From: Candidatus Levyibacteriota bacterium
GTDB lineage: Bacteria > Patescibacteriota > Microgenomatia > Levybacterales > UBA12049
Assembly: GCA_043807135.1 (NCBI GenBank)
Contig: JAZDGF010000008.1
Span: 1-48,526 of the forward strand
Direction of reading: 5' to 3'
DNA: 48,526 bases
Made by a program: the position numbers and the translations under genes. Under the pieces are notes generated by a model. That model worked only from the letters and a program-made list of their open reading frames with translations. It searched no databases and was not told where the DNA came from. Positions 1 to 6,014 of this stretch are shown here, in pieces (positions within the stretch are counted from its first letter, which is position 1; every line of letters starts with the position of its first letter).

Positions 1-300
1 CTAAGTAATAAAGTTCCAGGTGTTAAAGCAATAATAGGGGATGCCCCTGATTATGAAGAACTTGCTTTCAAACACTTAAATGCGACTAAAGGACAAGAAT
101 ACTTATTTGGCGAGAAATATAAATACAATTACGCAAGAACAAGAACAGGAACAAGAACAGAAACAGGAATAAGAAAAAGCAGGTCTATTATCGCTGGTGT
201 TGGAAACTTCAATAGTAGTTATGGCTTGTATGTCGGCGACTGGAATGCTGGCGGTAGCTATCGCGTTGTTCATGCCGCTCCTCTGGTATTGCCACTTTAA
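1..300 (+). CDS. 3' end of probable DGR target (variable) protein, CLec-like C-terminus (5'-truncated by window edge)
   Basis: Frame 1 open from base 1 to TAA at 298-300: ...LFGEKYKYNYART...IAGVGNFNSSYGLYVGDWNAGGSYRVVHAAPLVLPL*. The VGxFxxxxGLxVxxW...AAPLV ending resembles CPR DGR targets; 30 of 33 codons in 184-282 end in C/T. Not in ORF track. Confidence 0.75.
   Translation, partial: LSNKVPGVKAIIGDAPDYEELAFKHLNATKGQEYLFGEKYKYNYARTRTGTRTETGIRKSRSIIAGVGNFNSSYGLYVGDWNAGGSYRVVHAAPLVLPL
136..177 (+). repeat. Seven degenerate in-frame hexamer tandem repeats (AGAACA-like)
   Basis: AGAACA AGAACA GGAACA AGAACA GAAACA GGAATA AGAAAA, encoding RTRTGTRTETGIRK. Confidence 0.85.
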
Positions 301-383
301 GATTTGACACTTGGTTTCCTAGCAATTTTGTCTTTTTGATTTTTGGTTTACTGGAGCATCCCGCATTTATAATGTTCCAATTC

Positions 384-492
384 CTAGTGGTAGTTGAGTT
401 GTAAGATTGGATTAAGACCAGGGTTTAACAGTTCCCTCCATTGTTCTAAACAGGCACGAATCTGGTTCCAATTCTTAAACATTTGGGGTACA
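384..492 (-). repeat. att-like scar copy 1 with orphan coding tail VPQMFKNWNQIRACLEQWRELLNPGLNPILQLNYH*
   Basis: Homologous to 1640-1745 and 3185-3221; plus-strand core GGTTCCAATTCTTAAACATTTGGGGTACA (464-492); minus frame closed by TAG just upstream (504-506). Confidence 0.75.
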
Positions 493-499
493 AAACAAT

Positions 500-528
500 T
501 TGACTAATATTAGAATTTATTGTATTAT
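500..528 (+). promoter_or_regulatory. sigma70-type promoter, repeat copy 1
   Basis: TTGACT-N17-TATTAT; near-identical copies at 1758 and 3130. Confidence 0.75.
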
Positions 529-541
529 TCCGCTAATAAAT

Positions 542-751
542 ATGACACCTGAAACGATGCACATAGCTCATAACGAGAGATTGTCGGTAAAGATAGGACA
601 AGCTGGGATTTGTAAATCTTGTCCTTTTAATCATAAGATCAGAAAGATATTTGGGACAGAAGCCTGTAGGGCGAAAATTTGGAAACCAACATTATTTAAA
701 GATAGTTTCGGAGTGGAGAAATGTACTGAGCGTATGACATATGAGCATTGA
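542..751 (+). CDS. Four-Cys microprotein, family A (69 aa)
   Basis: Start moved to ATG 542 because the TTG at 500 is the -35 box and the paralog at 1808 also starts MTPE; CxxCP-x13-C-x18-C. Confidence 0.75.
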   Translation: MTPETMHIAHNERLSVKIGQAGICKSCPFNHKIRKIFGTEACRAKIWKPTLFKDSFGVEKCTERMTYEH

Positions 752-941
752 AAAAGAGAGAGCTAATATTAGGATAATAAGTTCAAAGCCAGGATATGCT
801 CCGATTTGCTACTTCTGTCCATCCCACGATAAAGTTATGAAAACTCTTGGATTACAAGCATGCAGGGATTGGTTTAGTAAGCCAGAGATTTACGAAGATG
901 AATATGGAAATCAACACTGCAATGTAAAAGAAGGAAAATAG
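741..941 (+). CDS. Four-Cys microprotein, family A (66 aa)
   Basis: KPGYAPICYFCP...C...YEDEYGNQHC; overlaps upstream paralog by 11 nt. Confidence 0.75.
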   Translation: MSIEKERANIRIISSKPGYAPICYFCPSHDKVMKTLGLQACRDWFSKPEIYEDEYGNQHCNVKEGK

Positions 942-1178
942 ACGCTTTTACCCCAAAGCTAATTTGAGCCTAATTCCAGAAAGTATTTTCATCTTTTGAA
1001 TATAAATTATTCTTAGAGGCCCTGGTGGTCTCACAGCTATTCCCCCTCGTACTTTTACAGATTTAGTGCTATGAATTAAGCAAGACGCTATTATTGAGGC
1101 TAGAACGTAATGTTTTCATATAGTTAAATAGTTTGAATAATCAGGTATTGGGTTCATGAAGCTAGAAGTAGATATTGA

Positions 1179-1207
1179 GGTCCGAATCTCGTCCACTAGT
1201 GGGTACA
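1179..1207 (+). repeat. att-like scar, second type (GGTCCGAAT...GGGTACA)
   Basis: Same 29-nt span and ends as 464-492; minus strand reads VYPLVDEIRT within a 43-aa ORF at 1116-1247. Confidence 0.5.
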
Positions 1208-1342
1208 CAATTAGGTTGTTAAATAAGGCTATTGTTTTTCTAAACATATAATTAGCGAACTAAATTTGTATGTAGCTACGCAAATAAAATGTATTATTCT
1301 TCCGATTTTTTGTCAGGTAAAAAAATGTTGGAATAGCAATTT

Positions 1343-1567
1343 CTAAGCTCTAAGCATTGCTCTGGGGGTAAGCAATCTTTCTAAAAGTTTCTGATCGGAT
1401 AAACCCCGTGGCATAGAAAGTTTTCCTGAGGTTTTGAGGATAGAAAAACCAAGCCTATGTTTAACATACAGCCCAATCTGTTCGTCAGTAAGAGTTATAC
1501 CTGCTATCCTAGCAATACATTTGGCTTGTAATTTCGTTTTTGATATTGATTGTCTTTCAGTACTCAT
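1343..1567 (-). CDS. Hypothetical basic protein (~74 aa)
   Basis: ORF track 1343-1612; internal ATG at 1567 (MSTERQ) is the more plausible start; no recognised domain. Confidence 0.5.
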   Translation of the reverse strand: MSTERQSISKTKLQAKCIARIAGITLTDEQIGLYVKHRLGFSILKTSGKLSMPRGLSDQKLLERLLTPRAMLRA

Positions 1568-1639
1568 AATGTTAGCATTATTTACTTTATTCTTAACGTC
1601 CACACTATACATTAGTACGAATAAAATAATTTCTACTTC

Positions 1640-1745
1640 CTAATGATAGTTAAACTGCAAAGCTGATTTGAGACTGGAATACAACAGATAATTCCATTGC
1701 TCAAAGAAGCTTTTATCTGGTTTTATTCTGAAACATTTGGGCATA
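1640..1745 (-). repeat. att-like scar copy 2, frameshifted tail
   Basis: Aligns with 384-492 down to the shared stop (TTCCTAATGATAGTT vs TTCCTAGTGGTAGTT); reads QMFQN-NQIKAS-EQWNYLLYSSLKSALQFNYH* with two 1-nt deletions. Confidence 0.75.
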
Positions 1746-1757
1746 AAACAAAACAAT

Positions 1758-1786
1758 TTGACTAATATTGGAATTTATCGTATTCT
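1758..1786 (+). promoter_or_regulatory. sigma70-type promoter, repeat copy 2
   Basis: TTGACT-N17-TATTCT; 1749-1787 matches 491-529 at 36/39 nt. Confidence 0.75.
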
Positions 1787-1807
1787 TGCTTTGAAAAGTT
1801 TGTAGAT

Positions 1808-2023
1808 ATGACGCCTGAAAGAAATATAACCGATAATTTTCGAATTTCTCTAAAACCAGGATATGCAAGTATCTGCGAATCTTGTCCTTATTACAGCGAT
1901 ATCTTTGAGCAATTATGTGGATGGGAGTTTGATAATGCTAAACCATTTGAAGATAATAATGGAATACAACACTGTTCTCATAGTAAGAATACATTTGATG
2001 TTTTCTCAAAAGACCGAAAATAG
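1808..2023 (+). CDS. Four-Cys microprotein, family A (71 aa)
   Basis: KPGYASICESCP-x9-C-x18-C with FEDNNGIQHC; paralog of 542 and 741 ORFs. Confidence 0.75.
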   Translation: MTPERNITDNFRISLKPGYASICESCPYYSDIFEQLCGWEFDNAKPFEDNNGIQHCSHSKNTFDVFSKDRK

Positions 2024-2037
2024 TTTTTATTGCAGGA

Positions 2038-2064
2038 ATTCTATTCTGAAATATTTAGGGGTAC
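2038..2064 (+). repeat. att-like scar, short degenerate copy
   Basis: ATTCTGAAATATTTAGGGGTAC vs ATTCTTAAACATTT-GGGGTAC of copy 1; lies 15 nt after the 1808 ORF stop. Confidence 0.6.
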
Positions 2065-2115
2065 TAAAGTTATTTTTTCGACTTTTTAATTGGCGATTAG
2101 CTAGAAAGGAAGAGG

Positions 2116-2505
2116 TTATTTGTCTATCCCTAAAATAACTGAGAGGAAATTTAATTTTTTAGATGGTTTTGAGCCATATTTATTATCTTCCTGTTGTCCC
2201 CTTTTTAAACAGACATATAAAATCACAAAGACAGTCAGAATAAGATTTAAAAATACATAGTTTCCTGATAGACCCAAATCGTGCCATCTTCTTACTTGTA
2301 ACGAAATATTAAAAGTTAACACAGAAATCAAAGAAATTGCGTATAACATTCCAGCAAAAATAAAAACGAAGATATTGGAAATAGAGGTAACAATATAAAA
2401 TAGGTTTCCAAGGATGATAAAGTATATGCTCAAGGAAGAAATTAGTCCTAATACTAAATTCCTTCTGTTAATTCTACCTTTGAATAAATTCTCAATAATC
2501 TTCAT
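2116..2505 (-). CDS. DUF805 (YhaH-like) membrane protein
   Basis: FKGRINRR start, VRRWHDLGLSG motif, GQQEDNKYG tail, hydrophobic helices. Confidence 0.9.
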   Translation of the reverse strand: MKIIENLFKGRINRRNLVLGLISSLSIYFIILGNLFYIVTSISNIFVFIFAGMLYAISLISVLTFNISLQVRRWHDLGLSGNYVFLNLILTVFVILYVCLKRGQQEDNKYGSKPSKKLNFLSVILGIDK

Positions 2506-2718
2506 TGGCTACTTTATTGTTGTTTAATAATAACTCTTTTTAATAAGTTGTCAAATAAATTGGCAAATGAATATTGAAGTACATATTGCTCTAATCCGTA
2601 ATATATAGCCTCATATTCTTTAAGTAAAAGTTTGTAATTGTAATCTTAAGGGTGTTGAAGTAAGTTTTTTTTAAATATTGTTCTTTTTAAGCTGATTTTG
2701 GGGTTTAAACAATCTATT

Positions 2719-2916
2719 TTATTCATTATTCACTGTTGTCCTTTTCTTAACTGGATCAAATAAACTTAATTGTCCATTGTTTCCTTTAGGACACTCAAAA
2801 ATAGTAGTAGGTTCTTCAGTTAATGTAAGTCTTGCTTCTTTCGTTATTTCCATACTTCTTCCTGTTGGTGCTTCGTAACAAATAGTATTAGGACACTTTT
2901 CGCATTTTTCTACCAT
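2719..2916 (-). CDS. Four-Cys microprotein, family B (65 aa), with QLSLF motif
   Basis: ATG 2916 preceded by GAGGA; CxxC-x4-C-x28-C; paralog of 3237-3431. Confidence 0.65.
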   Translation of the reverse strand: MVEKCEKCPNTICYEAPTGRSMEITKEARLTLTEEPTTIFECPKGNNGQLSLFDPVKKRTTVNNE

Positions 2917-2923
2917 ATTTTCC

Positions 2924-3088
2924 TCATAGTGTTTTTTTTCCAAACTTCTCCAATAAACTTAGGAATATTGTAATTAGTATTATGGCAACTATTATTCCTA
3001 ACCACCAGTTACCTAAAAAGTAATTGATAAGCGTGCCAATAAGAGCAGCTATAACCACAAAAGCCCATTTAGTAGATTTTATGTTCAT
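2924..3088 (-). CDS. Small membrane protein (54 aa, two predicted TM helices)
   Basis: MNIKSTKWAFVVIAALIGTLINYFLGNWWLGIIVAIILITIFLSLLEKFGKKTL*; below ORF-track cutoff; preceded by TTGACT-N17-TATAAG (3123-3095). Confidence 0.65.
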   Translation of the reverse strand: MNIKSTKWAFVVIAALIGTLINYFLGNWWLGIIVAIILITIFLSLLEKFGKKTL

Positions 3089-3129
3089 AATTTCCTTATA
3101 CACCTTTTCTTATTTATAGTCAAAAGAAG

Positions 3130-3158
3130 TTGACTACTATTAGAGTTTACTATATTCT
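3130..3158 (+). promoter_or_regulatory. sigma70-type promoter, repeat copy 3 (no sizeable ORF downstream)
   Basis: TTGACT-N17-TATTCT; 3121-3159 matches 491-529 at 32/39 nt; back-to-back with a minus-strand TTGACT at 3118-3123. Confidence 0.65.
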
Positions 3159-3184
3159 TATGCTAAATATTTTGTAAATATGGT

Positions 3185-3221
3185 ACGGATTTGGTTCCAA
3201 TTCTGAAACATTTGGATACAC
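3185..3221 (-). repeat. att-like scar copy 3 (QMFQNWNQIR)
   Basis: 3185-3215 matches 456-486 at 28/31 nt. Confidence 0.8.
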
Positions 3222-3236
3222 GAAGTGTGAATTTCT

Positions 3237-3431
3237 TTATTTTCTTGTTATTCCTTGCATGGCAAAGACAGCAGCAGGTATTTCGCCTCTGATAACAGCA
3301 CATTCTTCTATTATTTCAGGGTCAACCATTATTTCCTTTTTCCTATTTCGGTCTGTAATTACCATTGTCCGGGTCTGATCATTATTATTAAAGCACCTAA
3401 CAGGGTTCAGGCATTTAAAGCATTCACGCAT
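3237..3431 (-). CDS. Four-Cys microprotein, family B (64 aa)
   Basis: CxxC-x5-C-x30-C, shares R(S/T)MxIT and (D/E)PxxIxEC with the 2719 ORF; upstream TTGACA-N18-TATAAT (3500-3471). Confidence 0.65.
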   Translation of the reverse strand: MRECFKCLNPVRCFNNNDQTRTMVITDRNRKKEIMVDPEIIEECAVIRGEIPAAVFAMQGITRK

Positions 3432-3520
3432 GATTTACCCCCTGACGTATTCTCTAGCCATAATTTTATTATTATATATATGGTTATTTATCCTTGTCAA
3501 TATTCCCTTCATACATGCAG

Positions 3521-3549
3521 TTGACAAAACTTCATTTATACGGTAATAT
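3521..3549 (+). promoter_or_regulatory. sigma70-type promoter for candidate sRNA
   Basis: TTGACA-N17-TAATAT. Confidence 0.7.
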
Positions 3550-3554
3550 ACTTG

Positions 3555-3633
3555 TATCTTTGATACGAAAGTATTAAAGATAGGTTATCTAGCAATAGGT
3601 ACCCCGGAAAAATCCCAGCAATGGGGTTTTTTT
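3555..3633 (+). ncRNA. Candidate small structured RNA with three GNRA hairpins, the last an intrinsic terminator
   Basis: TATCTTTGATAC-GAAA-GTATTAAAGATA; TATCTA-GCAA-TAGGTA; AAAAATCCCA-GCAA-TGGGGTTTTTTT; each stem has a G-U pair that works only on the + strand. Confidence 0.65.
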
Positions 3634-3861
3634 GTGCTTCAGTACTGAATTAATTAAACCTGTCTTAACTTTATAACTTTTAACTAAGTTGTTAAACTTA
3701 AAATAAGTGCTGATTTTTCTCTTTTTTTGGCCATAACTTAAGAGGCAGAAAGGCAGAAATATATCTTATAGCTATAAACCTTTTTTATCAATTGGAAAAT
3801 TTATTCTCGTGTAAAATGTTTAATATGTGAAATGTTTGCTACTTTAAGGTAAAATACAACT

Positions 3862-5031
3862 ATGCGTTTTATTAAGCAGATATTTATAATAAGCTTATTT
3901 TTATATACAATAACTCACAGTACAAGTAATGCTTTTGCTATTCATAATCCACTTGATACGCCAAATAATCGCTTTGGTATACATATTCTTTTTACATCAG
4001 AGATTAGTGAAGCAGCAGAATTAGTAAATAGCTCGGGTGGAGACTGGGGGTACGTAACTATTCCTATTCAAACATCTGATAAAGATATTGTTAAATGGCA
4101 AATTTTTTTAGATCAAGCAAAGAAACATCATCTAATACCAATATTAAGACTTGCAACAGACGGAGATTATTTTAATACCTCTGTTTGGAATAAGCCAAAC
4201 GATGCAGTCGTTTTAGATTTTGCAAACTTCCTAAGTTCTTTAACATGGCCTACGGAAAACAAGTATATTATCGTTTTTAACGAAGTAAATAGAGGCGATG
4301 AATGGGGAGGAGAATCAAATCCTTCAGAATATGCAAAACTACTTAGTTACGCCGTAACAGTTTTTAAATCTAAAGATCCTTCTTTTTTCATAATTTCTGC
4401 AGGGCTTGATAATGCAGCAGAGAATATAGATGGAAAATCAATGAATCAATATAGCTATTTTACTCTTATGAACGAAGCAGTACCAGGAATTTTTAGTCAA
4501 CTAGATGGAATTTCAAGTCATTCATACCCAAATCCTGGATTTAGTCAACCTCCAACAGTTTTAACAGCAAAAAGCATATCAAGCTTTAAATATGAGAGAG
4601 ACCATATTGAGTCTATGGGTGGTAAAAATCTGCCTGTTTTTATTACAGAAACAGGTTGGGTTACAAACAGTACGAATGAAAAACAACATGCAGAATATTT
4701 CAAACAGGCGTTTAATAACGTTTGGTCTGATTCAAGCATTGTAACTGTAACTCCGTTTATTCTTAATGCAGGAGCTGGCCCCTTTGTGCAGTTTTCCTTA
4801 TTAAAACCTGATAGCAATAAAACAGACAGATATAATGCTATTTTTAATTTACCAAAAACTAAAGGAAAACCTGTTTTAACAAATATTAGAACTGTTTTAG
4901 GAAAAGCTATTTTAAGCTACGTATTACCTACGAAAGACTTTTCTTCATACGAGAAAAATAAAGATTTAAACGGAGAAAATAAAGCAAATGCTACGAGAAT
5001 ATTTTTAAAATGGCTTTTAAACATTAGATAG
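3862..5031 (+). CDS. Secreted/anchored clan GH-A-like glycoside hydrolase (TIM barrel)
   Basis: N-terminal signal; VFNEVN (acid/base), SSHSYP, FITETGW (nucleophile). Confidence 0.75.
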   Translation: MRFIKQIFIISLFLYTITHSTSNAFAIHNPLDTPNNRFGIHILFTSEISEAAELVNSSGGDWGYVTIPIQTSDKDIVKWQIFLDQAKKHHLIPILRLATDGDYFNTSVWNKPNDAVVLDFANFLSSLTWPTENKYIIVFNEVNRGDEWGGESNPSEYAKLLSYAVTVFKSKDPSFFIISAGLDNAAENIDGKSMNQYSYFTLMNEAVPGIFSQLDGISSHSYPNPGFSQPPTVLTAKSISSFKYERDHIESMGGKNLPVFITETGWVTNSTNEKQHAEYFKQAFNNVWSDSSIVTVTPFILNAGAGPFVQFSLLKPDSNKTDRYNAIFNLPKTKGKPVLTNIRTVLGKAILSYVLPTKDFSSYEKNKDLNGENKANATRIFLKWLLNIR

Positions 5032-5092
5032 CGTGTTGTGGTATAATTTTTGAGGCAAACTTCGCTAACAGATTTGCATCTAGATTTTTGTT

Positions 5093-5623
5093 ATGAATAT
5101 AAGTGATACAACAAACGGTTTTTTCTATAGTCAAACATACGGCAAAGTTAATATTTATGAAATGAGTCAAAAGATTAGAGAGTTTATGGAATCTGAAATA
5201 AATAAAGAGTATTGCCTTGTAATTGGTTCAGATTCGCAAGAAAAAAATGGAAACCTGAAGATAGAAAAATACGTAATAATTGTTACCGCAGTTACCATCC
5301 ATAGGAAAGGCACTGGGGGCATATATTTTTACAAAAAAAAGAAGTTGGACAATATTAAAGGATTAAGAAATAATCTAAGAAACAAAATTTATGCAGAAAC
5401 TATGTCTTCATTAACATTTGCAGAAGAATTTATTCCTGTTTTAAAAGAAAACCTTAACGGACATTCTCCTAAGCTTGAAATTCATGTTGATGTAGGTGAA
5501 TATGGAGAATCAAGAGGTACAATTAAGGAAGTTGTTGGAATGGTTACTGGTAGTGGATATATCGCAAAAACAAAACCTTTTTCTTACGGCGCATCTAAGG
5601 TTGCTGATAGGCATACAAAATAA
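5093..5623 (+). CDS. RNase H-like YkuK (DUF458) family protein
   Basis: IGSDSQ, GxGG, EIHVDVG, KPxSYGASKVADRH motifs. Confidence 0.85.
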   Translation: MNISDTTNGFFYSQTYGKVNIYEMSQKIREFMESEINKEYCLVIGSDSQEKNGNLKIEKYVIIVTAVTIHRKGTGGIYFYKKKKLDNIKGLRNNLRNKIYAETMSSLTFAEEFIPVLKENLNGHSPKLEIHVDVGEYGESRGTIKEVVGMVTGSGYIAKTKPFSYGASKVADRHTK

Positions 5624-5632
5624 ATATTCACT

Positions 5633-6013
5633 ATGGAATGGGAAGAAGCAAAAGAAGTAAAAAAAGATATTAAAAAAATTTTACACACGCTTAACTTGTC
5701 ACATGTAAGACAAAGTAGGGTTTATTGTTTTAAAACTAAAGGATCAAAATCAAGAGCATATGCAAGAATATGGTCATTCCCAAAAATATTTCAAGATGTC
5801 CTTCAAATTGAACCTGCATACGTAATTGAAGTATTATCAAAATACTACGACAAGCTTAATGATGATCAAAAAATTCATGTTTTAATTCATGAGCTTCTGC
5901 ATATTCCTAAAAATTTCTCAGGTTCTCTGCTTCCTCATCGAGGGAGAAATAGACATTTAAATACACAAGCAAAAAAACTATTTTCAGAATACAAAAGCAA
6001 GTTAAAGAAATAA
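5633..6013 (+). CDS. Putative metallopeptidase (phage metallopeptidase-like)
   Basis: AYARIW and IHELLHIP (HExxH). Confidence 0.8.
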   Translation: MEWEEAKEVKKDIKKILHTLNLSHVRQSRVYCFKTKGSKSRAYARIWSFPKIFQDVLQIEPAYVIEVLSKYYDKLNDDQKIHVLIHELLHIPKNFSGSLLPHRGRNRHLNTQAKKLFSEYKSKLKK

Positions 6014-6014
6014 A

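Noticed and set aside
301-360. DGR IMH-associated hairpin after the VR
   Set aside because: T-rich sequence without a convincing stem.
2514-2726. Minus-strand frame with a single internal TAA (…QHP*DYNYKLLLKEYEAIY…), possible pseudogene or further att tail
   Set aside because: Similarity to the other tails is too weak to support by eye.
374-3221. CRISPR array (GTTCCAATT and GGATTAAGAC resemble repeat ends)
   Set aside because: Copies are hundreds of bp apart, degenerate and separated by ORFs; no 30-40 nt spacers and no cas genes.
456-3221. Classical integron attC sites
   Set aside because: No RYYYAAC...GTTRRRY boxes or long imperfect palindromes; only a short CCAA...TTGG dyad, and no intI in the window.
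3435-3461. 8-codon upstream ORF MAREYVRG* in frame with the 3431 gene (possible nonsense mutation)
   Set aside because: The paralog also starts just before CxxC, and AGGGGG can serve as the SD for ATG 3431.
1434-3524. ORF-track ORFs 1434-1643, 1863-2138 and 3255-3524
   Set aside because: Overlap better-supported ORFs in another frame or strand.
3638-3760. Palindrome TTCAGTACTGAA, TAACTT repeats and AGGCAGAA x2
   Set aside because: Short, in AT-rich DNA, no DnaA boxes; function cannot be supported.
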